A stretch of 64,000 bases of DNA from Henriciella sp. (GTDB lineage Bacteria > Pseudomonadota > Alphaproteobacteria > Caulobacterales > Hyphomonadaceae), in assembly GCA_965661195.1 (NCBI GenBank), contig CBFICP010000003.1, positions 27,526 to 91,525 on the forward strand, in the 5' to 3' direction. Both the position numbers and the translations under genes were made by a program. How positions within the stretch are numbered: the stretch's first letter is position 1; every line of letters starts with the position of its first letter. Below, in pieces: positions 20,106 through 29,776 of the stretch. Below the pieces are notes generated by a model that saw only the letters and a program-made list of their open reading frames with translations, was not told where the DNA came from and ran no database searches.

Positions 20106-21554
20106 ATGGCGATAGCAGAATTACACTCAAAGATCGATCTAATCGGCTTTAACCTTAAAATGCTGTCAAAAGGGAAGAAACGATCCCTTCTGATCAGCGC
20201 CGGGTCTTCGGATGACAAAGCGTTTCTTTTGGATGTCTGCCGCAAAATGTCCGAAATCGGTGTGCGATTGTTTTCAACACCCGGCACCCAGCGCTTTTTG
20301 TCCGAAAATGGCGTTGCTTCAACACTGGCGGAAAAAATATCGAGCCAGAGCGAGCCGAATATCCGCTCGCTCATTGAAAATGGCAAAGTTGATTTTGTTA
20401 TCAATATTATGACGGGTGATACGGGTTATGATGAAGCATCCGATGCCTCGCATATCCGATCCTTGTCCATCCGCCACGGTATTCCATTGATTACCGACCG
20501 GCTAGTTGCGCGTGAGACAATCGAAGTAGTTATCGATGATCTGAAGTCTGGTACTTTTGACTATCATATCCGTTCGGATGACCGGCCATGGGATCTGAAA
20601 GCGCGGTTTCTGGAGCTGGTCCGGCAGCGCGGTGGTTTCGCGAACCACCACGGTCATTTTGATAAGGCATATCTGATTTCGCCGGAAAACCTCGCGCTTG
20701 GCTTTGCCGATATGGAGAAAAAGTGGACTTTATACCGGCATTTAAAAGAAAATTATACTCACGAAGACTTGGTCGAACGTATTTCGAGAGCGGTTGAAAC
20801 GGTTTACCAGCAAGGATCGAAATATTGCCGGACAATGGTTGATGCCGACCGGGTGATCGGGCTCAAGGCCATTCATGCGGCGGTCGAGGTCAAGGACCGC
20901 TATAAAGATAAAATCAGGTTTGAAATTGGAGTGCAGCCGCTCGAGGGCGTAATCGATGAAACCTCACGGGCGCAATATATTGATGCTTGTCAGATGGCTG
21001 ATTTTTGCGGCGGGCTGCCGTCCCGGGACCGCCCGCAAGAGGAGCGTCACCTCGATATTGTGATGCAGACTGCCAAGGAATTTAATAAATTTGTTGAAGT
21101 GCATGTCGATCAGGAGAACAATCCATTCCAGAATGAGACTGAATTATTGTGCCTGAAGACGATTGAGCACGGAATGCAAGGGCGGGTTTATGGCATTCAT
21201 TCCATTTCTGTTTCGGCCAAGGATAATAGCGAGCAGGATCGCATTGTCGCGTTGTGCAAACAGGCTGATATCGGCATTGTCATTTGTCCTTCGGCGGCAT
21301 TGTCGATGAAGCAATTGCCGATGAGCGGCCCGTTGCATAATTCAATCGGACCATTTGTGAAATTACGTGAGGCTGGCGTTCGGGCCTATCTTGGGATCGA
21401 CAATATAAACGATCTGTTTATGCCGATTGTCGATGGTGACATGTGGACCGAAGCCAGAGTGTTAATGGAAGCTTGCAGATTTTATGATCTCGAGCAGGTT
21501 GCCGACTGGGCGTCTCTGGCCCCATTGCACCTAGCCGATGAGCTGGCTTCCTAG
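20106..21554 (+). CDS. Fusion protein: N-terminal MGS-like domain plus cytosine-deaminase-like amidohydrolase
   Basis: Residues about 20-145 resemble the MGS-like domain of CPSase large subunit (LLISAGSSDDKAF...FSTPGTQRFLSENGV...GKVDFVINI). The C-terminal part carries amidohydrolase metal motifs HHGHFDK, EVHVDQ, GIHSISV and GIDNINDLFMP, colinear with CodA. Confidence 0.7.
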   Translation: MAIAELHSKIDLIGFNLKMLSKGKKRSLLISAGSSDDKAFLLDVCRKMSEIGVRLFSTPGTQRFLSENGVASTLAEKISSQSEPNIRSLIENGKVDFVINIMTGDTGYDEASDASHIRSLSIRHGIPLITDRLVARETIEVVIDDLKSGTFDYHIRSDDRPWDLKARFLELVRQRGGFANHHGHFDKAYLISPENLALGFADMEKKWTLYRHLKENYTHEDLVERISRAVETVYQQGSKYCRTMVDADRVIGLKAIHAAVEVKDRYKDKIRFEIGVQPLEGVIDETSRAQYIDACQMADFCGGLPSRDRPQEERHLDIVMQTAKEFNKFVEVHVDQENNPFQNETELLCLKTIEHGMQGRVYGIHSISVSAKDNSEQDRIVALCKQADIGIVICPSAALSMKQLPMSGPLHNSIGPFVKLREAGVRAYLGIDNINDLFMPIVDGDMWTEARVLMEACRFYDLEQVADWASLAPLHLADELAS

Positions 21555-21689
21555 CTAATTGGCAGGTTATTTTGTGATGTCTTGGTCAAGTTGATGAAAG
21601 ACCTTGCTTGCATGACCCGCTTACCGCCGCTACGAAGCTGATCACAAGCCGCCGCGGATCGATCGGCGTTAGGTTTTCATGGAGACGGA

Positions 21690-21908
21690 ATGTCAAAAGA
21701 AGAGATCATTGAGTTTAACGGTACAATCGTCGAGCTTCTGCCGAACGCGACATTTAGAGTTAAGCTGGAAAACGATCACGAGATTATCGGATATACGGCC
21801 GGGAAAATGCGGAAAAACAGAATTCGTATTCTGACTGGCGATAAAGTGCTTGTCGAAATGACGCCGTATGATTTGACCAAAGGCCGGATTACATATCGCT
21901 TTAAATAG
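21690..21908 (+). CDS. infA: Translation initiation factor IF-1
   Basis: 72-aa S1-fold protein [72 protein letters not shown], the canonical IF-1 sequence. Confidence 0.97.
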   Translation: MSKEEIIEFNGTIVELLPNATFRVKLENDHEIIGYTAGKMRKNRIRILTGDKVLVEMTPYDLTKGRITYRFK

Positions 21909-22032
21909 TCCGCCCACAATTATTGTCCGGTAAAATTGATCGAGCCAAACAGGCAAAAGCCCTTAATAGTGGGAAGGCCTCGTAATCGTTGCGATGGTGC
22001 CTGTGGATCAGAAGTGTTGGTGAGGATTGCCA

Positions 22033-22608
22033 ATGTCACGAGCAAATTTGGTGTTGGCGAGTGCATCGCTCAGACGGTTACAATTGCTCGCACAGATTGG
22101 TATCGCGCCGGATCATGTCGCGCCAACGGAGATTGATGAAACACCCAGCGCGAAAGAGCTGCCCCGGCCCTATGTTGTCAGGATGGCCTCGGAAAAAGCT
22201 GCCGCTGGCCATGCCCCGGGCCAATATACTCTGGCTGGCGATACAGTTGTCGCACTGGGGCGACGTATTTTGCCAAAGGCCGAAACGCCGGCCGAAGTTG
22301 AGAACTGTTTAAAAAGTCTGAGTGGACGCGCCCATGCGGTGATGACTGCCATTTGTGTCATAGACCCGAGCGGTATCACGGGACATCGCTTAAGCGTCAG
22401 CCGCGTGCTCGTAAAGCGTTTGGACGATTGTGATATCTCCGGCTATGTGCAGTCGGATGAAGGACTGGGGAAAGCTGGCGGGTACGGCATTCAAGGACGT
22501 GCCGGAGCATTTATTAAACGAATTAATGGAAGCTATACCGGAATTGTCGGCCTGCCGCTTTGGGAGACTGAAAGCTTGCTGACCGGAATGGGCTATCAAG
22601 GTAAATGA
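22033..22608 (+). CDS. maf: Maf family nucleoside triphosphate pyrophosphatase
   Basis: LVLASASLRRLQLL N-terminus and KAGGYGIQG motif. Follows infA, as is common in alphaproteobacteria. The track start is 22027 (TTG); ATG 22033 has better SD spacing. Confidence 0.9.
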   Translation: MSRANLVLASASLRRLQLLAQIGIAPDHVAPTEIDETPSAKELPRPYVVRMASEKAAAGHAPGQYTLAGDTVVALGRRILPKAETPAEVENCLKSLSGRAHAVMTAICVIDPSGITGHRLSVSRVLVKRLDDCDISGYVQSDEGLGKAGGYGIQGRAGAFIKRINGSYTGIVGLPLWETESLLTGMGYQGK

Positions 22609-22664
22609 TGTTCTGACATGTTGAATGTCGGGTTGGGTGTTCGAAACGGACGGGACGAAAGACG

Positions 22665-23360
22665 ATGAAGATATTTGGCAAAGGCCGGCATCGCCATGTT
22701 GCCGCCGATATATCGACCAGAGAGGGCCGTCGCCGGGCTGAGCAGGAAGAGGTTTTTGGCGATCACGGCTTTTTACGCGCGTCATTTCAAAATTTACACG
22801 CGATTGGTCCCGATATGTGGCGATCAAACCAGCCAAATGCGGCCCAGATCGCGGATCATGTCCGTTTGCGCGGTATTAGGACGATAATTAACTGTCGCGG
22901 TCCAAGCACGCGCGGATACTATTTGCTGGAACGTGAAGCTTGCGAACTTAACAATGTCGAATTGATCGATTTCCAAGTTTATTCCCGTGATACGCCGAAG
23001 GTGGAAACGGTTCTTGCGGCCAGGGATCTATTCGAGAATATCAAATATCCAGCGCTTCTGCATTGTAAGTCCGGTGCTGACCGGGCGGGTTTGATGTCTG
23101 TTTTTTATCAAATTTTTCAACGCTACTATCCTGTTAGCCTGGCCAAGCGACAATTGTCGAAAAAATACCTGCATTTGCGGGAGGGCAAGACCGGTCTTCT
23201 AGATGCGTTTTTCGAGGCCTATCTAGAGCACGCTGAAACAAGCGGCCTATCGTTTCTGGATTGGCTGACACAAGTCTATGACCGCGCCGCGATTAAGGAG
23301 AAATTCCTGAAGACGGGCGTTGCACAATTATCGCTAGATCAATTGATCCGCCGCGAGTGA
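22665..23360 (+). CDS. Tyrosine/dual-specificity phosphatase-like protein (CX5R)
   Basis: P-loop HCKSGADRAG in a 231-aa protein. Confidence 0.75.
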   Translation: MKIFGKGRHRHVAADISTREGRRRAEQEEVFGDHGFLRASFQNLHAIGPDMWRSNQPNAAQIADHVRLRGIRTIINCRGPSTRGYYLLEREACELNNVELIDFQVYSRDTPKVETVLAARDLFENIKYPALLHCKSGADRAGLMSVFYQIFQRYYPVSLAKRQLSKKYLHLREGKTGLLDAFFEAYLEHAETSGLSFLDWLTQVYDRAAIKEKFLKTGVAQLSLDQLIRRE

Positions 23361-23427
23361 CGACATTTGATGGATTTGAGCAGTTAATCGTGGAATATTC
23401 TTTTATCGAAACTTGGGGGAAGTAATA

Positions 23428-23731
23428 ATGAAAAAAGTTTGTAGGTCTCTGCCTGTTAGTGGCGACTTTGTCAGCCTGTGGCGTGAGCTAGCGGGATCAG
23501 GTGTTCAACACCTGTATGGAAGCCGGGGAAGCGACGGCAGCCGGGTGTGACTGTTTTGCGGATGCAGCTGTTGAAAGCCTCGATTCGGAAGTGATTAGTC
23601 TGATTATTAGCCTGGCCGAAAACCCTGACGCATTTAACGCGGAATTTTTTGACAGCCTCTCGCCTGATCAGGGTGTCGCGCTTATGAGTTTCTTTATGAG
23701 CGTCAGCTCAACCTGCGAATTAGATTTATAG
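23428..23731 (+). pseudogene. Small lipoprotein gene disrupted by a frameshift in an A-run and an in-frame TAG
   Basis: ATG 23428 is followed by six A residues. One base out of frame, the sequence reads KKFVGLCLLVATLSACGVS, a signal peptide with lipobox LSAC. A TAG follows at 23489-23491, and the same frame continues into ORF 23501..23731. Confidence 0.45.
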
Positions 23732-23828
23732 TATCTGAATTTACTGGGCCGTGCCTCGCATTTGAAATAGTAATGAATTCGGCGATCAGCTAACTGGTCG
23801 CCGGTCCGTGATGTTAAGGTCTGGATAG

Positions 23829-24671
23829 ATGAAGTTTTCGGTATTGTCGGCTTTGCCATTATTGCATGCGGGTTTTGCCGAAACTGTCACCATGGCAAAG
23901 GCAAGCTGGCGGTATGCGCTGGCATTTGCGTTTGCTTTGGCGGCGGGCTTGAGCCTGCAAAGCGCCGTCGATTTGGGCGGGTGGCTTGGGCCGATCGTCT
24001 TGCTGTCACCCGGCATGATCGTGTTCTGTTTGTGGTCATATCAGTGCTTTCAGGCCGGCGGTCTTGCAAAGGCCGGAGCAATGCCGCGCACCGGAAGTTT
24101 AAAACTGGCCTGCGCCTATGGGCTATTCTGCATGGCGCTGTTTCTAATTGTTTTCATGCTCGCCTTGTTCCTCATCATCTTCGCAGTCGTCCTCGTTATC
24201 GGTTCCGGTTACGATCCTAGTCAGGGTGATGCCAATGATGTTACCGGCTCGGTTGAGGCGCTCCGGGAAAGCGGTGCCATTTACCTGCTTTATACGATGC
24301 TATTCCTCGCCATTGCAGGTTTTGCCCGTGTCCTCGTGAGGCTTACGGCGTTTGCACCGGCGACGGTCGATAATCATCAGATTATGATTTTTCAGACTTG
24401 GCGCTGGACCAAGCACAAGATCCTCGACTTTTTACCAGCTATGCTGGCGCTGCAGCTGCTGCCGATTGTCGTTATATTTTACCTTGCCGGCGAAATTGGT
24501 CGGTGTGGAGAGCGCGCAATACCGGCATCGATGTCCGGCGTTTCACAAGTCGAGGTGGTCCTGACCCATTTCGCTGTTTCTGCAGTGCAAGTTAGTCTAT
24601 GGCTGCCAGCCGTTTTGCTTGGTCACGGGCTGGCTACCGCAATCTATAAACGCGTCGCGCCGGTTAAGTGA
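23829..24671 (+). CDS. Hypothetical multi-pass membrane protein
   Basis: 280-aa ORF with several hydrophobic helices. An alternative start is ATG 23892. The 3' end overlaps the convergent CoA-transferase by 8 nt. Confidence 0.55.
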   Translation: MKFSVLSALPLLHAGFAETVTMAKASWRYALAFAFALAAGLSLQSAVDLGGWLGPIVLLSPGMIVFCLWSYQCFQAGGLAKAGAMPRTGSLKLACAYGLFCMALFLIVFMLALFLIIFAVVLVIGSGYDPSQGDANDVTGSVEALRESGAIYLLYTMLFLAIAGFARVLVRLTAFAPATVDNHQIMIFQTWRWTKHKILDFLPAMLALQLLPIVVIFYLAGEIGRCGERAIPASMSGVSQVEVVLTHFAVSAVQVSLWLPAVLLGHGLATAIYKRVAPVK

Positions 24672-25863
24672 TGACCTTTTTAGCAAGCAAATCGTCAATC
24701 TCCGTGCCGGAGTAGCCGATCTGTTCGAGTACAGACCGGGAATGTTGCCCGGGCTTTGGCGACGGTCCTTTTGGCCCGTCATCGGACCCCGGAAAGCGTA
24801 TCGGCGAGGCAGGAGATTTGAAACTGGTACCATCGCCGCTGGCGCTGGGAACCTCGGTGATCCCGCCGGCCGCCATGACTTGCGGGTCAGCTGCGACTTC
24901 GGCCAAGGTCTGGACCGGCGCCCAGGCTAGAGATTCAGCGTCGAGCCGTTCGGTAATTTCGGCCTTCGTAAATGCGCCGAACGCTTCGTCGAGATAATCA
25001 ACGAGTATCGCGGAATTTTTCCGTCGGCCTTTTGCCGATGTAAAGCGGTCATCATCGATCAGATCGGGTCGGTCGGCGGCCCGGCATATTGGCGCCCAGT
25101 CGACGTTGCCTTGTCGGGATACAATACAGAACCAGCTATCATCCTTGGTTTTAAAGAAGTTCATGAGAGGCTGTATCTGTTCATGGCGGGATTTGGTCGA
25201 ACCAATCCGGCCGAAGAATAATTGGATAGCGAAATCCGATCCCATTGCGAACAAGGCAGCTCTAAGCAAGGAGGCTTCGACTAATTGTCCCTTGCCAGTG
25301 CGCTGGGCTTGAACGAGTGCAGCACAAATGCCCGCTGCCGCCGCCATGCTTGTGGTATGATCGCCAAATGCGGTCCGGATCGGGAACGGGTCTTGCCCTT
25401 TTGGTACAGTAATCGAGGCGACCCCGGCCCGCGACCAGAAGGAGGCAACATCGAAACCCGGCTTGTCAGCATCGTCACCTTCAAGGCCGAAGCCGGTCAG
25501 CGAGCAATAGACGAGCTTCGGGTTTGTTTGTTTCAGGCTCTCATAATCCAGTCCGGATCTCGATAGTCCGCCTGGGCGGACATTGGTGAGGAACACATCC
25601 GCTTCACTGGCCAATTCACGGAGAATTTTCTGTCCCTCGGCTGTACGGGTGTCGAGCATGATCGATCGCTTACCGCGATTATCAAAATCGAAGACTGGAT
25701 TGTCTTGCAGATCAGTTCCGATTGTTGCGAAAAAATTTCGGATCGGGTCGCCGCCGGGCGGTTCGATTTTGATGACATCAGCGCCCCAGTCGCTGAGAAT
25801 TCCACCGGCGCCGGGGGCCGCCATATAGGTTGCATGTTCAATTACGCGAATGCCTTCAAGCAT
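24664..25863 (-). CDS. Family III CoA-transferase (CaiB/BaiF family)
   Basis: The N-terminus GIRVIEHATYMAAPGAGGILSDWGADVIKIEPPGGDP is typical of the family. The likely start is ATG 25863 (MLEGIRV); the track extends to 25950. Confidence 0.88.
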   Translation of the reverse strand: MLEGIRVIEHATYMAAPGAGGILSDWGADVIKIEPPGGDPIRNFFATIGTDLQDNPVFDFDNRGKRSIMLDTRTAEGQKILRELASEADVFLTNVRPGGLSRSGLDYESLKQTNPKLVYCSLTGFGLEGDDADKPGFDVASFWSRAGVASITVPKGQDPFPIRTAFGDHTTSMAAAAGICAALVQAQRTGKGQLVEASLLRAALFAMGSDFAIQLFFGRIGSTKSRHEQIQPLMNFFKTKDDSWFCIVSRQGNVDWAPICRAADRPDLIDDDRFTSAKGRRKNSAILVDYLDEAFGAFTKAEITERLDAESLAWAPVQTLAEVAADPQVMAAGGITEVPSASGDGTSFKSPASPIRFPGSDDGPKGPSPKPGQHSRSVLEQIGYSGTEIDDLLAKKVIT

Positions 25864-26173
25864 GCCGTTCTCTCCAATGATTGATGACGCTGAGGCATCA
25901 GATTTTTTATTATTCAAATTATGGGCTGAATCGCAGGTTTTGAAAGGCAATTGTACGAATATCGTATGCGTTACCTTTGTATAATGGCTGGTTGCCGGCT
26001 GGTCGCCGGCGCATTTCTACGTGCCTGTAAGTGCGATGCGTAATGAAAATTCGAGCCTGTATAGACTAGGCCTGTCGCAACTGAAGGTGCCTGCATGCAA
26101 CGCGACATGCAGCCGTCTCAGCATACTTTTCATCAAACCCGGACTGTCTGAGGCCGGCGCCATTAACCGTGTG

Positions 26174-26752
26174 TTATTTCTCTCTACCGGGTCGAGAAAT
26201 AGCTAGCCGACAAAAGGACGGCGCGTTGGTATTTTGCGCTGGCCGGAAAGCCGCCCGATAATTAAAAAACGGGCGTGGTGTGACCGGATTATCATCCCGT
26301 AATTGCAGTGGCCGGCGCCACCAGCCGACATCATGCCAGGATCCGTTTTTGAAACCGACACGCGGATAAACCCCGATGGCTTTGAAACCATTGCGTTCAT
26401 GAAAGTGTACGCTTGCATTGTTTGGTAAGGCGATACCGGCAAAGGCATTTGCATGACCTAGTCAGACAAGCGTTGACAGGAGCTGGCGGTAAAGCATCGA
26501 GCCGATGCCTCGTCGGCGAGCTCCCTCGGCGAGATAGGCACTAACATCGCTGGACCATCTATAGGCCGAGCGCGACCTGTGCGGTGATGCATATGCGAAC
26601 CCGGCTATGCTGTCATCATCTTCTGCAACCAGCCAAGGATGCTCCAGCGGCGGGGGAATTTCCTCGAATGAAATAGCGGTATCTGTTACAATCGGGGCAT
26701 ATATTCTGGCGATGCTCTCGCCATCATCGACGTTTGCAATTCGTATAATCAT
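26174..26752 (-). pseudogene. GNAT N-acetyltransferase (phosphinothricin/MSO acetyltransferase-like) interrupted by an in-frame TGA
   Basis: The 96-aa ORF ends ...RRRGIGSMLYRQLLSTLV at TGA 26462-26464. The same frame continues LGHANAFAGIALPNNASVHFHERNGFKAIGVYPRVGFKNGSWHDVGWWRRPL to TAA 26174-26176, which restores a complete GNAT fold. Confidence 0.7.
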
Positions 26753-26917
26753 GTTCTGTTTTTCAGTAATCAGAGAAAGATTACACGACCGGGCCGGTTT
26801 AACAATCTTTACCGAAACCGTTGCGCTATTTCACATTGCTTATTCTATCGAACACGGAATCAAGCAAAGTAATGTGACGTGCTTTTATTTTGGCTGGTTT
26901 TGGGAAAGATACACATC

Positions 26918-28027
26918 ATGTCCGTGATGCTAGATCGAAAGGCGAATGAGGGCTTGAGTCCGGCGGATCTTGAATCTCTGCCGAGTAAAAAACGGCCCGA
27001 AGATCGCATGAAACTAGCGGGCTATTTAGCCGGGCGGATTGTTGCGCAAAATTTAAAGAAAGCCGAACGCGACATCTCGCAGCAATTATTGCGCGAGCTA
27101 AGTGTTGATGTCAGCGTCATGGTTCGAGGCGCGTTGGCAACAGGTTTGCGGGGATCAGCCGGTCTTCCGTACGAGATCGCCATTCAGTTTGCTTTTGATG
27201 AATTAGAGATTGCCGCTCCGATACTGGGCAATTCACCCTTACTGAAAAAACAGGATCTGGTTGAATTGGCGTTGGCTCTACCCGAAGATAAAAAACGTGC
27301 CATTGCAAAGCGCGACGGGCTGCCAAAAGCCGTATCCGAAATTATCGGTGCGACAGGCGGGCGGGCATCAATTCTTGACCTGTTAGCCAACCCTGGAGCC
27401 AAGGTTTCGCGGTCTGCCTATGCTGATATTCTAGCGCGGTTTCCTGCTGATGCCGGCATCCATCAGGCATTAATATCGCGGCATCGCGTGCCCAAGCATG
27501 TCATACGGAATCTGGCAGCCTTGATGCCGGCCGAGCAGCGCAAAAGATTATTACCTGACTATGCCCAGCAGTCTTCCATTGAGGCGGAGCAGGGTGGCGA
27601 GGCGGCCGTTGATGAACTGGACCCTATTGTGCAGTCGGATATGGTCGATGATCCTGGTGCCTTTATCTACCAGCTTGCGCAATCCGGTGAGCTTAGCCCG
27701 TCACTGGTTGTCAGAGCCGCGTGTACCGGCCATTTGACATTTGCCGAATACGCACTGGCAGAATTGTCTGGTATCCCTCACCAACGTGCGGTCTTAATGC
27801 TGCACGACGCCGGAACGCTGGGTTTGCACACGCTACTCGAGCGTGCGGGCATTCCTAAAAAGCTTTTGGGGCTGTTTGAAAACCTGATCCAGACTTATCA
27901 GGGCCTCGAGCGCGAGGGCGGGATACGCACCCGCCATGAGCTACGCCGTCAGGTGCTGGAGCGCACGTTGAGCGAGTTTCAGCTCATTCCGAAGAAGGAC
28001 CTCGATTATGTGCTTAGCAAAGTGTGA
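26918..28027 (+). CDS. Helical-repeat protein, DUF2336-like
   Basis: About 370-aa all-helical protein. The resemblance to alphaproteobacterial DUF2336 proteins is from memory and not verified. The start is uncertain (26879, 26918 or 26927). Confidence 0.55.
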   Translation: MSVMLDRKANEGLSPADLESLPSKKRPEDRMKLAGYLAGRIVAQNLKKAERDISQQLLRELSVDVSVMVRGALATGLRGSAGLPYEIAIQFAFDELEIAAPILGNSPLLKKQDLVELALALPEDKKRAIAKRDGLPKAVSEIIGATGGRASILDLLANPGAKVSRSAYADILARFPADAGIHQALISRHRVPKHVIRNLAALMPAEQRKRLLPDYAQQSSIEAEQGGEAAVDELDPIVQSDMVDDPGAFIYQLAQSGELSPSLVVRAACTGHLTFAEYALAELSGIPHQRAVLMLHDAGTLGLHTLLERAGIPKKLLGLFENLIQTYQGLEREGGIRTRHELRRQVLERTLSEFQLIPKKDLDYVLSKV

Positions 28028-28051
28028 TCGAGAGAATATTCAGGCTCAGGG

Positions 28052-28741
28052 TTACGCATCAGTTCGCGGCTGGATCGCATAGTGCACGCCAAGGCTGGCG
28101 AGGTATTCGCCATCGCGCCAGGCTGCATTTTCGGCAATAACCGCCCAGTCTTCGCGCCGAGCTTGCTCAAGCAGGTGCGTGTTCTCCTTGGAATCGACCC
28201 AGCCCGCATCAATTTTGATGGCGCCAATTAGCCCTGGGGTAATATTGAGGGCCGATCCGTCGTCAAACTGGGTGGCATCCAAGGTGATATGAAAGCCAGC
28301 ATCGGCAAATGGTTTTAGGAGTTGTGACGGGGTTGAGCGCGTTGAAGCAAGTGCGCCAAGGCTGACTTCGAAGCTGAATTCTCCGGCGGACGCCGTTGTA
28401 TGATCAAGTGATGCTGCGCATCTGCTTCCCATCCCATTATGAAATAGACTTGCGCGCGGCATTTTTAGCGAGACCGGGAGTTTCGTGTTCAAGGATACGC
28501 CCGTATCTGCCAATGCGATCAGGTGCTGGCAGAGCCAGTCGGCGGGCGTATTGGGTGCCACTGCCGATAGACGCAGTTGACTGCGGGGGCCAAACCGAGG
28601 GCGATCATCAAATTCACTCTGGGTTTCGGCGGCAAACGAAACGATTTCTCCGCTAACCAAATTAACGATCGGCACAAAGCGCATTGCCGATTGGATTGAG
28701 TTCTGGAAAACTCTCGAATGTATGTGATGAATTTGTTGCAT
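28052..28741 (-). CDS. Stand-alone degenerate EAL-domain protein
   Basis: Colinear with EAL domains but with altered motifs: FVPIVNLVSGEIVSFAAE (canonical FQPIV...G.EAL), FSFEVS (LE.TE), ITLDATQFDD (LDDFG.G), IKID retained, IAENAA (AEGVE), GVHYAIQP (G...QG). Confidence 0.6.
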   Translation of the reverse strand: MQQIHHIHSRVFQNSIQSAMRFVPIVNLVSGEIVSFAAETQSEFDDRPRFGPRSQLRLSAVAPNTPADWLCQHLIALADTGVSLNTKLPVSLKMPRASLFHNGMGSRCAASLDHTTASAGEFSFEVSLGALASTRSTPSQLLKPFADAGFHITLDATQFDDGSALNITPGLIGAIKIDAGWVDSKENTHLLEQARREDWAVIAENAAWRDGEYLASLGVHYAIQPRTDA

Positions 28742-28855
28742 AATATGCCCGTCAAGCTGGTGTGTGAGACTGTGCTACAGGCAGAAAGTTGAGATCTAAC
28801 GGACAAAGATCCGTGGATTTATGAGAAATTTGATTGAATTTTGTGAGGAGGAAGC

Positions 28856-29698
28856 ATGAATAGTCAGTCTACAGAGCCAAGGCTTTCATCAACGATCCTG
28901 CTATTGCGGGATGCCGAGCAATTTCAGGTTTTGATGGTGAAACGACATTATCAGATAGATTTTGCGGCTGGCGCTTTAGTGTTTCCGGGCGGCAAGGCCA
29001 ATGATGAAGACAGCTCGCCTGATTGGGGAAGTCTGTGTGACGGGGATTTTGATGACATGGAACGCGCTGCACGTATATCGGCGCTGCGCGAAGCCTATGA
29101 GGAAGCCGGTATTATTCTTGCGCGTCCTAAATCAGGTCGCGGTGCTGGACAGCCGCTTGTCGGGCAGGATATCGCAAATGCGCTCGATCCGATGCGCGCT
29201 GCTGTCGATCGCCGTGAGGCCAGTTTTCTTGATCTGATGCGACAGCATGATTTAGTTTTGGCGCTCGATACGCTGGTTCATTTTGGTCACTGGATCACGC
29301 CGACAATGATGCCGAAACGGTTTGATACGCACTTTTATCTGGCGCCAACGCCGCCAGACCAAATTGCAGAAAATGACGGGCGCGAAACGACTGAAGCTGT
29401 GTGGCTTGGTCCGCAGCAGGCGCTAGATATGGAACAGGATAAGCGCGCCACGATTATTTTCCCGACCCGAATGAACCTTGGAAAACTTGCTGAAACAACT
29501 TCGGTGAAAGAAGCAATAGAACAGTTCGCGACCGAGCCGGTCGTCACTGTATTGCCAGTGGTCGGCAAAGACGAAAATGGCGATCCTTGCCTGTTCATTC
29601 CCGAAGAGGCCAATTATCCCGAAAGCCGCGAGCCGCTAACTAAGGTTGCTGCCGGCGTCGGCGGTGAAGGCGGGAAAGCTGCGGCGGCTCAGAAATAG
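28856..29698 (+). CDS. NUDIX hydrolase
   Basis: Nudix box FPGGKANDEDSS...ISALREAYEEAGIIL. Strong SD (GAGGAGG). Confidence 0.8.
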   Translation: MNSQSTEPRLSSTILLLRDAEQFQVLMVKRHYQIDFAAGALVFPGGKANDEDSSPDWGSLCDGDFDDMERAARISALREAYEEAGIILARPKSGRGAGQPLVGQDIANALDPMRAAVDRREASFLDLMRQHDLVLALDTLVHFGHWITPTMMPKRFDTHFYLAPTPPDQIAENDGRETTEAVWLGPQQALDMEQDKRATIIFPTRMNLGKLAETTSVKEAIEQFATEPVVTVLPVVGKDENGDPCLFIPEEANYPESREPLTKVAAGVGGEGGKAAAAQK

Positions 29699-29776
29699 GC
29701 CAAATGTGCCGGCATAGCGTGCCTGCTGCCGTGACCGTCGGCGATTATCTGGCGTGGCATGATAAGGAGAAACCGA

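Noticed and set aside
24664-24671. An 8-nt overlap of the convergent stop codons of the membrane protein and CoA-transferase genes.
   Set aside because: This is probably just compact gene packing. It carries no further signal beyond leaving no room for an intergenic terminator.
26462-26464. The in-frame TGA in the GNAT gene as selenocysteine or programmed readthrough.
   Set aside because: The position is not a catalytic Cys site in GNATs. I saw no obvious SECIS-like hairpin immediately downstream, TGA terminates other genes here, and the gene appears to carry internal deletions. A pseudogene is the simpler reading, though recoding cannot be fully excluded without data.
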